A DNA stretch of 64,000 nt. Source: Podarcis liolepis (Eukaryota). Shown here in pieces: positions 1-13,100 of the stretch. The notes beneath the pieces were generated by a model. It ran no database searches and was not told where the DNA came from. It saw nothing but the letters and a program-made list of their open reading frames with translations. The DNA lies in NCBI GenBank assembly GCA_965112155.1, contig OZ218101.1. The stretch is one strand, 5' to 3'. The position numbers were made by a program, and so were the translations under genes. How positions within the stretch are numbered: the first letter of the stretch is position 1; the number at the start of each line of letters is the position of its first letter.

Positions 1-148
1 CACCGCCAGCCTGGCAAGCGGTTTCCCTAGGAACGCATTAATTGATTTTCAATGCATTCCTATGGGAAACCGTGCTTCGCAAGACGAAAAACCCGCAAGA
101 AGAAAAAACTTGTGGAACGAATTAATTTCGTCTTACGAGGCACCACTG
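1..148. mobile_element. Tc1/mariner-type MITE, right end (truncated by window)
   Basis: Ends GAGGCACCACTG followed by TA; same terminus as the element at 13112-13447. Confidence 0.7.
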
Positions 149-624
149 TATTTGTATTTTCAAGGAGGAAACATCAGTGGTGCCTTATATCTGTTCTTTT
201 GTAGACCTTGTTTGTTGAATCCTTAGGGCCAAGCTAACAAGACATGAAAGATCTGAGCGGAACTCCCGCTATGTTTTTCTGTTCCTGAAAATAGCCAATG
301 GGAAGCCCAGATTGGATTGGAGCCAAATTACATCCACAGAAACAGCGTAAAGTCTGGGAGGGGGGCTTTAAATACAAAAGAGGGGAAAGTGGGTGCCTCA
401 CCTTGCATGAATACTTTCCACTGAGGCAGCAGCACCATTGGAACCACAAACAACTAGTACTGACATTTTTGAGACCATCTTTTTAAAAGTAATAAACCAC
501 AGAAGCTGCACATCTTTTAAAGATAAAATATTAGCTTCTATTTAACTATCAGGTATAACTCAAGTACAGTGGAGGGATGATTGAGGGGGGAAAGCAGGGG
601 AACAAAACAGAAAGGAAAACTTAC

Positions 625-3600
625 AACATTTGTGAAACTCAAATCAAGCTTCCAGATGGCTCCATTGGCATCCTAGAGAAGAAGAAAAACACACTTAGCT
701 TTTGGCTATTACTTCAAACTGTATTTACATCCCTCTCCGAAACACATTGGCTTGGGTTCAGAGAAATTTAGCTGCACTTTCCCAAGCAAATCAACAACTA
801 ACTTGTCCCACGTCACTGTTTTTAATTTTTTTGAAATCATACACAGCAGGCACAAGGAGGCCAGACTAGGGCAATGGTGCACGAGGGGCTTAGCCTTTTC
901 TCCCTGCCAACAACCATCAAGATTCACATCCCTGTAGTGACTATTCTTACATCCTAGTGGTGCCAATGCGAGGTTCCCCCTTAGGGTTAACAGGAACTGT
1001 ATGAAAGGAAGTGAGAACTGAACGCTCAGCCTTGCCCTTCCTCCAAGCTGCAAGGTCTGGAATAAGATTCATTCAAGCCCCTGGAGTTTTATTCCTTCCT
1101 TCCATTTTTATTTTTTTGTTTTGCCTGACAGTGGTACTTTCCTAGTTTGGTGGCTGGTTTTTTGCTTTAGCTTCAAATGTTACCATGACATCATTACATC
1201 CTACACATGAAAAAGGGTTGTGTGCACCACTGAATCAGGGCACACATTCTCTACTGACTAATGCGCACCCTAAAAGACAACAACAACACAATCCTATATA
1301 CCACATACAGATAGGTAGCCGTGTTGGTTTATTTTGACTATATACCACAGGGGAGGACTAAAACAATGCTTACCTGAGCATACCAAAATGGTTCTCCACG
1401 TTCATGAATTTTCACCATATAGTTCAGATTTACATTTTTGCCAACTAAAAGTTCGTTAATGTGTTCCACCTCCAGCAGTCCAGTGTCATCCACAATATCA
1501 GCTGTATCTATTGTTTCAAAATCCCAAACCTTCATGGAGTTTAGAAAAGAAAATATTATCTATGGTTGCCAAATGCCAGTACCAATGCATTAAATGTGAA
1601 AATTTGGCTAATATGAGCAAACCTAAGGGAAGGAGCAGTTCAAAAGGATTTTTCATTCACATGTAACTGATGGGAGGGGATAGTTTAAACCTGTCTCTCC
1701 CTACCGTGCTTCTTACAAAAAATGGCCTCTTGAAGATGCTATCTGGATTTCAAGGGAAGCCTCAGTTGATGTCACTGGTGTCAATTGATGTTTCCCTTCA
1801 AATGCAGAAAGCAGTTTCAGAGAGGCAACTTTTGTCAGGACTGTGACAGAGAGAAAGTTATTTCTGAGGCTGTGCGGGCTCTTCTGTTTACACAAGAAAC
1901 AACAGGCACATTAACCAACACATCTATTTGGGTTCTTTTCACTGTGCATTCTTTATTATGCATGCTCATGTCACTATTGGGGTAGTCATAGGTCATCCCG
2001 CATTCAAAGCTATTTGTGCCTGCAAAAGTTTCAGGGTAGCCATAACCACTTTAATTCCAAGCTATGCACTTCCTGCAACTTCCTATTTCACAACTGTCCT
2101 AGTGGGTTTCTTGTCTCACTTTTGTTGTGCTATTGCCTCTTTGACAGCCATCATGTGGTCCAACTTGGGAAGCATCACAGAATTGATCAAGAAGGGTAAA
2201 ACCATCATTAATGTGCTACTAATGTGTCAAGAACATGTTACAGAATACATGAATGGCATTTCTCAAATCCAAGGGTCAGCAAACGTTTTCAGCAGGGGGC
2301 CGGTCCACTGTACCTCAGATCTTGTGGGGGGCTGGATTATATTTTGAAGGGGGGGAAATGAACCAATTCCTATGCCCCACAAATAACCCAGAGATGCATT
2401 TTAAATAAAAGCACACATTCTACTCATGTAAAAACACCACACAGGCCCCACAAATAACCCAGAGATACATTTTAAATAAAAGGATGCATTCTACTCATGT
2501 AAAAACACGCTGATTCCCGGACCATCCGCGGGCTGGATTTAGAAGGCGATTGGGCCGGATCCGGCCCCTGGGCCTTAGTTTGCCTACCCATGCTCAAAGG
2601 TGTTGAACACATTACATGATGAATTATGCTGCCCTCTTTTCCCAAAGACAGGAAATGCAAACAGGTCTTTGTCAGTACACAAGTCTGCTCCAGGCCAAGA
2701 CAGGAAATAGATTGAGAAGGAGAGAGGTGACTAAAGGTCAAAGACCTGTCTGCACTTCCTGTCTTTGGGCACAGGAGGGCAAGCTTAACCTACCACTTGA
2801 GTAGGAATATCATTAGTAAAAACCAGTGGTCACTGTTAATAAAAAAGGTAAAGGACCCCTAGACGGTTAAGTCCAGTCAAAGGAGACTATGGGGTTGCAG
2901 CGCTCATCTTGCTTTCAGGCCAAGGAAGCCAGTGTTTGTCCACAGACAGCTTTCCGGGTCACGTGGTCAGCATGACTAAACCGCTTCTGGCACAACGGAA
3001 CACTGTGACGAAAGCCAGAGCGCACGGAAATGCCGTTTACCTTCCCGCCACAGTGGTACCTATTTATCTACTTGCACTGGCATGCTTTCAAACTACTAGG
3101 TTGGCAGGAGCTGGGACAGAGCAATGGGAGCTCACTCCATCGTGGGGATTCGAACCACTGACCTTCTGATCGGCAAGCCCAAGAGGCTCAGTGGTTTAGA
3201 TCACAGTGCCATCCGCATCCCACTGTTAATAGTTTGATACAAAGTGCAGAAGAGTAAACAGTACCATCAACCCATGAATAATCCTGGGTACACTCGAATA
3301 TTAAGTGTATAAAGAAGAAACATATTAAGAAAACACATACCCCCCCCAAAGAAAGACTTAGGAAAATACTCACCCTAATATATCCATCTGATCCAACAGT
3401 GACCACCTCTCCCTCATCCAGAACTAACTGATTAATTGGGCCGTTGTGGCAATTTTTACGGCCAGGCCGACAAAGTTCCACTTTTATGAGGCCCCCTTCC
3501 CAGAGCAACAAGTTGCCCCATTCTGACCCTGAAAGTACCTTACATGCAGACAAAACAAAATGCATTAGTATTCTGTCATATTGATGTATATCTGGAAAGG

Positions 3601-6600
3601 GATACAGGGAAGGACACATTACATTTGAAGTAAGTTACATCCCAAGTTTTCACAGAGAACAGATACATTTGCTAGGAAAACGGCAAATGAGGCATGTTTG
3701 TAAGACCAAGGCTGCAGGCACACCATACATTTGAAACATGCTTCCCTCTCAAAGAACCCCGGGAACTGTACTGGGAATTGTAGCTATGTGAAGGGTAAAC
3801 TACAGATCCCAGGTTTGTTTAGAGTTTTGGATTTGATATCCCGCCTTTCACTCCCTTTAAGGAGTCCCAAAGCGGCTAACATTCTCCTTTCCCTTCCTCC
3901 CCCACAACAAACACTCTGTGAGGTGAGTGGGGCTGAGAGACTTCAAAGAAGTGTGACTGGCCCAAGGTCACCCAGCAGCTGCATGTGGAGGAGCGGGGAC
4001 ACGAACCCGGTTCCCCAGATTACGTGACTACCGCTCTTAACCACTACACCACACTGGCTCTCTATTTTTTTAAGGTTGTTTTTTTTTTTGCAATGTTTTG
4101 GAACAATAAGTTCAATGATAATGTCCAACCATATGCTGCTTTCTAAGTGCTGCAATAGTATTTCTTTATTCTCTTTATCTTTGATTTATTTTGTTTACAG
4201 CTAAGTGGTTTGCCACAAACCATAAGAGGGCTGGGCACTGCATTATACAAGGATGTGCCTTTAAAAACAATTCAGAAATCTCAATTACTGCAACTATTGA
4301 TCGATATCAGTCTATGGGAACATATCCCACCAATTCTTAAAACATATCCACTGTTTACCAGCTGCTTTTTTTTTTAACTTCATTAAAAACAGAATAAGCT
4401 CCTGATCATATTTAGAAGCAGCAGACACTGGATAGGCTATGCCTTTCCGCACAGCAATGTCCTGTATATTTGGGTCAGGGCAAATGTGAATAGAGAACAA
4501 AGGAGCCCATTTTACCATACAGAAAAGTTTGAGTAGATAGAAATGTTTGTCACCTTCCCATCTGGCAGCTCCACATATCCTTCAATGTCTGTCAATGCTG
4601 TTTTTCCAAACCTACCCAGTGCTCCTTGTAGTTTCAGACCAGTGAAAGTAAGCGCCATCTTCCAAAACCTGGTCACATAAAAATCAAAGCTCTATTAGTG
4701 GTTTTGAAGGGTTCTTTTGGTCTTTAAACAGACTGTTATCAACCTTTCACGTGCACTAATTGGCTGCATTTTGATGCAAACCACCATTTAGTGCTATAAG
4801 AATGAGTCTGGGACAGGGATCAGCAAACTTTTTCAGCAGGGGGCCGGTCCACTGTCCCTCAGACCTTGTGGGGGGGGGTGGACTATATTTTTGGGGGGAA
4901 ATGAAAGAATTCCTATGCCCCACAAATAACCCAGAGATGCATTTTAAATAAAAGCACACATTCTACTCATTTAAAAACACCAGGCAGGCCCCACAAATAA
5001 CCCAGAGATGCATTTTAAATAAAATGGCACATTCTAGCCATATAAAAACACGCTGATTCCCGGACTGTCCACGGGCCGGATTTAGAAGGCGATTGGACCA
5101 GATCTGGCCCTGAGACCTTAGTTTGCCTACCCATGGTCTGGGAGGTCCTTGGGATTGCATACTCTCCCACTTTCCTCTTCTCCTCCAGCACAAATGCAAG
5201 GAGGAGCTCTCATTTCTGTTTCTAACTAATCACTGCTGTTACTTGTTTTGACTGAAATGAGGTTAGTGCTAATTACAATTCAGGGACGCAACCCAGGATT
5301 ATAAGCAATGAATGGTCTGAAGGTGGACTGTTTCTAAACCACAGGTAAGCCTAACTACTGATCTTCATTCAGATGGAATGAGCGACTGGTTAGTTGAAAA
5401 TGAACATGAAAGCTTGCAATCTCCTCCTTGCTCTTATGCCAGAGAGCAGGGTAAAGGGGAGAACGCAAACACCAAGGATCATGCATGTAAACCCTGAACC
5501 ACAGTTTGGAGTTATATGTGAACCAAACCAATTTGTCTGTGGGAATTATAGGCACAATCTATTGCAAATTTATGCAGCTTCAATTGAAATAGGTGGAAAT
5601 TAAGAAGTCTCAACTGTGTGATAGACTGCGCCTTATAACTATAGTACAGGTGGACTCTGACATATGTAATTTATTCACATAAGTGGATCTGGGCATTTAA
5701 TCAGTTTTTAATCCCAACATGTATCTTTATACACTTTGGTTTATTTTAGTTAGAAGAAGGATAATTCTGACATTGTCCAGAGCTCATTTTATTTGTGCTA
5801 TTGCCATCCATTGCCCAGCCACCCCATTTTGCCTCTAATGACACAGAATTAGGTGAGTTATTCCCTCTAACATCAGGAAACAGCTCAGTTTATTTTGTGG
5901 TCATCTGCTGCGTGCTTGCCTACTGTTCTGCTGCTTCAATTCTGGCAATGGGAAAGAGGATAAGAGTAAGGCTTCTCTGTCTCTCCACCTAGTGCTTCCA
6001 CAGCAGGAAGCCAGGCATGGGGAGCACCATGTAAGAGTAATGACAAAACTACACTTTCCAGTGCTCCTAGCTCACTGCGATAGCACCATCGAGCACCAGG
6101 AAAAGGGTGGTGCGCTCAAGGGCAGCCAATTACACAAGGAGCCCGTCGACATGGCTGCTTCTTTTCCTGCTTTCAGAAGATATTCTTGGCATTTCAATTG
6201 TCTGAAGATTATAAATAACTATATTACAGCATGAAACAAAAATTAGGACACTGCCAATCCAGTGCAGAAGGCTAGCTTGATTTTAAAATAAATAAATAAA
6301 ATGCATGTCGTACCCGCAATGTTTTGGGGCAGCTAGATAAAATGTGGACTTCACTGAGTAACAGGGATGTTTTAATACAGATAATTAAATTTTAATGAAA
6401 AGTTAAGGTAGGTGCAGCTTTCTAGTGTGATGCATTTACCGATGAAATATTCCTTTTAGTCATCATGCATGTATGCCTTTGTGGCATTCTAGTTCCTTGA
6501 GATAAAACTATGCTACTTGCTGGCTTACTTTATGTGACCTGAACCAGATGTGGTGAGTTGCTCTTCATTTTCTGGAGAAAAGGTCACTCTAAAAACATCT

Positions 6601-9600
6601 TGGGAAAATGCTTTCGATCTCAATACAATCTTTTCCTGCTTCCAATCCCAAACTGTTAACATATAGTCAGGGCTGCTCCCAACTGTGGCGATCAAAGTAC
6701 CCGAACGATTAAAGTCAGCAAATGCATATGCTTCTTCAGTTCCACCTGGAAATAAGGTGATATAACAGGTTTCTTAATGCAATATAAATGTTCAAGGAAA
6801 CATACCAATGTGCTAGCCAATCAACTAGCACATATTGTAATTTTTTTTTTTAAAGTATGGAACAGATTGCTTCTATTTTAAGTACATTTAAACAGTGCAA
6901 AGCAACCATAAAATAGAGAACAATGAAGACAGTCTGTATGAAGAGAGAAAAAACAAAGGCTTCAGGTGATAATCTACCCTTGAGCCTTCAGCTCTTGTAG
7001 AAATTCTGTCTCTGAGTCCCAGATACTAGTAAATACGTGTGTGTGTGTGCGCGCGCACACTAGTATCTGTGTGTGCGTGTGTGCGCGCGCATCATAAGCC
7101 TTTCCTTTCCCCCACAATGAGTAATTTCACAGTGCCAGGATACTGAAATCACATCAAATGTAAGAGATACCATTGAACTGATTTGTCAGCTTTATTTTTT
7201 TTTATTAAAAAACTCAACTCAAAAGCTATTGAACTGCATTTATGTTCCAGAGTGATAGCCACCTAATAAAAAATAAACCAATAATGAAGAATAGAATTCC
7301 TTTATCATCCTTCTTTCAATATTTGGCCATTTAGCCATGCATCCATTGCTTTTTCTCGAACATGAACACAGAAAAAGGGAACATGGCATATGACTCTGTA
7401 AATAATAATGCCAATTCTTCTTAATCACTTGCAGATATTTAAAAGAAAGAGAGTGACTACTTACAAATCTCCGTGTATTCATACAAGAAATATCAAAGGG
7501 AAAATTGCTTCTATTTCTGTGACCATTAATTCTTCAGCATGAATCTGAAATTGTGAGACGGTTTATGTTTTAACCTACCTCGTAATACTCTGTATGGCCT
7601 TAAGGAAGGGTATTCATAGATAATCATGTTTGGCTTCCATCCTTTTTCTCCTACTGCAAAGTAGGTTTTATTAGGATGTACCTAGTAGAAGCAAAGAACT
7701 TTTTCACTCTGCATTTATCCAGTAAAGTAATGATTTGCTAGTTTAGTTCATTTGACTTCTATCCTACATTTCAGTCCAGGACAGCCAATGAAGCGGCCTC
7801 CAGATACTGTTTGACTACAACTTCCATCTTTCATCACTGGCCATGTTAGCTGAGGCTGATGGCAGTTGTAGTTGACCATCATCTGGAGGCACTGCATGAA
7901 ACAAATATGGTTGCAGCTACCCTCTGGAAAATGACAGCATATCCTCAGCCCCCATACTGTGTTCCACCAAGACTGCAAGTCTTTCAAAGTCTAAGGACAG
8001 AGAGAGAGGTGCAATAGCTTGGGAAAACAGTGTCCACTTTGTTAGAGCTTTTCTTTAATCCAAGATACCTTGTTACTGCCTGCATAACATTTGAAACCAG
8101 CAGTAGCCTAAAATGAATGAATATCAATAGGACAGCCTAATAGGTATGCTGCTATTATAAAATATATATTTATCTCACACAGTACAAAATTAACTCAAGT
8201 CTTAGATAAGGGCAATAGCTAAACGCACTACCTAATGTGTGAAGAACCGGCCAAAATATTTCTCAGATTGAGAGATTCTCATAATCCAAGAGTCCTGTTT
8301 ATTTTGCTACCAAGGAAGATCTCAAGCAAAATACCTCACAAGATAAAACAAAAATGCCATACCGTGATTACTCCAATCCCTCCACCGCATGTGCTTCGGA
8401 GATATTTCTGAGATTTCATTAGCAAATTCAGCAATACGAGTTGGTTGCCAGCTATGTAGAGGAGAGTGTAACTATCCAACATCTGAATGTTTGCCCGTCT
8501 AGTGCAGTCATAGCCGAAAGAGTGACTGAAGAACACTCACTAAGGAAAAGTGATGCCATCACGGGGTTTATTTTGACCATGTAATAACACTACCACCAAT
8601 AAAAATCCAGAGGTCTCCTGAAAAGTGCAATGCACTGTATTGTAATTGTATTGGGAACACAATAGGGGCTTTTTATATAAATGAGAGAAAAGAGCTGAAG
8701 CTCTAGAAAAAATGTAGCCCACCCATCCTTTTAAAAATTTCAGGCTTAACCATATTGCCATTGTAGGTCCCTGCGGCCCTCAAGTACTGTGCAATTTCTA
8801 AATGTTTTCTATTAAAAAAAAGGCAAAAGATCCCTTACATAACTGAGAGAACAAACCACAGCAATAGTGCAGGCTTTGTTATTTTGCCAATCTGTTGGGA
8901 AATACTGGGGAGGATGTAAAATTTCTCACTAGTATGGCCTTATTATATTGTTACAGGCCACTCCAATCCCTGCCAAGCCATGCACGGGATTCCAGAGGTC
9001 TTGGCCCTCAACCAGGGTCTGTGCTCCTTTGGAAAACTGAAGAGATAGTGGAGGCTGTCGTAGCTTTAAGAAATATGATTTATTCTCATATTTACACCTG
9101 AGTTTAAATGGAGGTAGCCCAGATCTTACAGCATGGCCGTCTAAAGAGGGTCTTGTTCCCCACCCCACCCCAGCAGTGCAATGATGGAGACAGAGACCTA
9201 TCAGCCTGCCTTCAGTCAGTCAAGATGGATCTGTCTTTTCTCTCTCTCTCTTCCTAGCACACCTTGCTAAAAACAGTCTTTTCCTGTCACCTCACACCCA
9301 GTTAACCTGGCAACCTTTCAAATCTCCAGTCTCTGTTCACACCTCAGGGCAGGAGGAAAGGACTGTTCTCTTGCATTTGCCAATGACTCTCAATTGTTTC
9401 TTAATGGCCGCAGCTTGGCCAGGTTGTTTTTGTTTGTTTGTTTGTTTGTTTTGCATTGGCTAGCCCAGGAATTCCTCTGCAGCTTGTATTTCTCCCTTCA
9501 TATCCCAAATAATCAAAATCCTACCATTTATTAATTTATTAGCAAAAGTGGATACATGAGACTGAGCATGTCAAGCGGAATGCCAGAATCTGGAGTCACA

Positions 9601-10128
9601 AATGGGAGTGCACACAACTCCTCATAGTTATAGTAGAAGTTTTCAGAGATTTTCTTCTCTACCTTTACTTTCTTCTTCTTTACCGGTTCTGGAGGCTTTT
9701 CAAGTTGTATTGGCTCCACTTCCTCTTCCTCTTCTGGATTTCAAAAACATCAACAATAATTTTATACATGCACACACACACCACTTTTCAGTCTACAAAG
9801 GCTGAAAATAAGAAGAAAGGCATATAATTTTCAGACAGACAAGATAGTAGCATTTGTGGCCAATTATAAAGTGACGATTGTCACCTTTGGGCTGAAGGAC
9901 AGGACATTAAATAAATAAATAAATAAATAAATAAAACTCAGAGCTAGCATGGCCATTGTGGTCAGTTTTTAAACACAGAGTTTGAGCTGTCCTGTAAGCA
10001 ATATCTTGCAATCAAGAATTTCATCCTGCCCAAATCCCCAAAGTTAGTTCTATATTTAATCTGATCAACGCTGCATCTGATCACTCACACTGGCCAGAGT
10101 AGAAGGCATGGGGAGTGTGTCAATTTTT

Positions 10129-10168
<40 letters not shown>

Positions 10169-13100
10169 TTTCTTTCTTACTTTCCTTCTCTTTCTTTCTC
10201 TTTCTTTCAGCTGTGCTAGCTGCAGGCTAACACAACTGAGGAGCTCATGGATCAGGATCCTCAGAGCTGTGGACTCAGTGGACCTAAGGCCTTCAACCTC
10301 CTACCCAAAAACCATAATGCCCCATTTCAGACTCACCACTGGCTCCCACCAGTGGGAGAACTGGCACCAGCAGCCTTCCACTTGCTAGGGGAAAGCTTGG
10401 GACTCCATGGAAAAACCTATAATCACCATCAACACTTCTCTTTGCCAGTGGGGGCTGGTGAGAAGGCAACTAGGCGCCATCCTAATCCTACCCCATCCAT
10501 CAACATGGAGGCAGTAGGAATGCTCTGTCAAACCCAAAGATTGCTAGCAATACTTGCCTTCATCGCCATACCCTTCACTACCTTCTTCATCTTCAAAAAG
10601 CTTTTCTTCTTCCTGAATTACATGAGACGGGGTCCTTTCTGCACACAGAAAATTATGTTACTTTCCACTCTGCTTTATTTAAATACATATGCTATAATGT
10701 TTTCCCTGTTTCCCTAAAATCAAATAATTATCTGATATCAGAAGAGCCATCTGTATCATGGAGCAGAAGGTTAAATTACAAGATGCAATGAATGCTAACA
10801 CAGGTAAGTGCTAAAATAGTGACAAAACAAACTCCCAACAGGGGCTGCCCATAAAATGTGCCACACTGTGAAACCAAATGCTCTACCAGCTGAGCTGCTT
10901 TACTCAAGCAGCTGCTAGGTTTAGGACCTGGAGAATATAAACTTTTGTTTGGAGGAAATTCCTAAAAGAAGAAAAGTATAATTTTAAATTAGATAAATGA
11001 ATAGATAATTAACATACTGCATATATTCTGGTCATGCCCAATAAGAAGATATTTCTGGATAGCAGTATTAATGGAAACTGAGAGTATAACAGGTTATGCC
11101 TTAGCAGTAAACCCACTTTTAAGATACATAAAAGATACTGTCCTTTCAGAAGATGGAAAAATGATAAAGTACCTATTAACTGAAGTTTAGGTTGCATACA
11201 CACCATATGTTTAAGGCACATGAGCTCCACCAAATAATCAAGGCAATGGTAGTTTGTTAAGGGTGCTAGGAATTGTAGTGCAGGGCAGGATAAAACTACA
11301 GTTCCCAGGATTCTTTGGGGAAAGTCGTGGTTTTAAATGTATGGTGTATGCATAGCCTTAGTTACAACTGGAGGGAAACTGATGCTCCTACACTAGATGC
11401 ATGTTGGAACAAAAGATCTTAATTTCACATGCAACCTCATAGGGTCTGAATTAGAGGGAAAGGACCAGGAGCAAGACCTTAAGGTCATATTAGATAGCTC
11501 AATGAAGATGTCAACCCAGTGTGCAGAGGCCATAAAGAAGGCAAATTCCATCCTAGGGGTCATTAGGAAAGGAATTTAAAATGAAACTGCCAATATCATG
11601 AATGCTGCTATACATATTGATCAGGCTTCCTCAAACTTGGCCCTCCAGATGTTTTTGGCCTACAACTCCCATGATCCCTAGCTAGCAGGACCAGTGGTCA
11701 GGGATGATGGGAATAGTAGTCTCAAAACATCTGGAGAGCCAAGGCTGAGGAAGCCTGATATTGATGGTGCAACCACATCTGTACACAATGAGTACCATGT
11801 ACAGTTCTGCTTGCCTCATGTCAAAAAGGATATTGAAGAGCTGGAAAGGGTTTAGTATGCATGGCATGGAGAAAGTGAAGAAAGAAAAGCTTTTCTCCCT
11901 CTTTCATAACACTAGAACTCAGGGACATCCAGTGAAGCTGGATATTGGAAGATTTAGGACAGATAAAAGAAAGTACTTCAAGCAGCGCATTGTCAAATCA
12001 CTCCCCCAGGAGGCAGTGAAGGCCACCAACTTGGGTGGCTTTAAAAGAGGACTGGACGAATTCATGGAAGAGAGAGCTATTAAGGGCTACAAGCCATGAT
12101 AATGCTCTGCCTCCACAATTGGAGGCAGCAATGCTTCTGAGTACTAGTTGCTGGAAACCACAAGAGAGGAGAGTGCTGGTGTGCTCATGTTCTGCTCCCT
12201 GGTTCTCCACAGGCATCTGGTTGGCCACTGTGAAAACAGGTTGCTGAACCAGATGGGCCATTGGCCCAGTCCAGCAGGCTATTCTAATGTTCTTATGATG
12301 TTCATGATGGCTGGATTAGAAGAGTATGGGAAGTGGTCAAAATGGTGATACAGTGGTACCTCTGGTTAAGTACTTAATTCGTTCCGGAGGTCCCTTCTTA
12401 ACCTGAAACTGTTCTTATCCTGAAGCACCACTTTAGCTAATGGGGCCTCCTGCTGCTGCCGCGCCGCCGGAGCCCGATTTCTGTTCTCATCCTGAAGCAA
12501 AGTACTTAACCCAAAGAACTATTTCTGGGTTAGCGGAGTCTGTAACCTGAAGCGTATGTAACCCGAGGTACCACTGTATCGGCAAACATCAGTATAAGAG
12601 AAGAAAGACAATCAGATAACCAATTTATTGAAAGATACTGTAGCCCCTTTATTATACTGGTGCAATAAAACACAGGAAAATCCAGATCCATATAAACTGT
12701 AAAAGCACCATATATTAAAAAGCATGGGAGAGGGAAGAGACGTAAAACAGGTTATAGCATACAGTGGTACCTCAGGTTACATACGCTTCAGGTTACAGAC
12801 TCCGCTAACCCAGAAATATTACCTCAGGTTAAGAACTTTGCTTCAGGATGAGAACAGAAATTGTGCTCCGGCGGCGCGGCGGCAGCAGGAGGCCCCATTA
12901 GCTGAAGTGGTGCTTCAGGTTAAGAACAGTTTCAGGTTAAAAACGGACCTCCGGAACAAATTAAGTACTTAATCCGAGGTACCACTGTAACTTTATTTCT
13001 CACTGTAAAAAGATATATGTTGTATGATGCAATGTGTTTTGTAATATACTTTTTATTTGTTTATTGGTTAAATTTTGGGGCCCTCAGGGACTTGAGGGCT

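Noticed and set aside
1928-2347. 139-aa hydrophobic ORF antisense in a CFAP44 intron
   Set aside because: Non-ATG start, runs into a MITE, no recognisable homology or splice support.
2370-2510. Direct repeats resembling a CRISPR-like array
   Set aside because: Two-unit internal duplication of a hAT MITE in a vertebrate intron; no spacers or cas genes.
11761-12099. 112-aa ORF
   Set aside because: Degenerate CR1 ORF2 fragment interrupted by a MITE and deletions.
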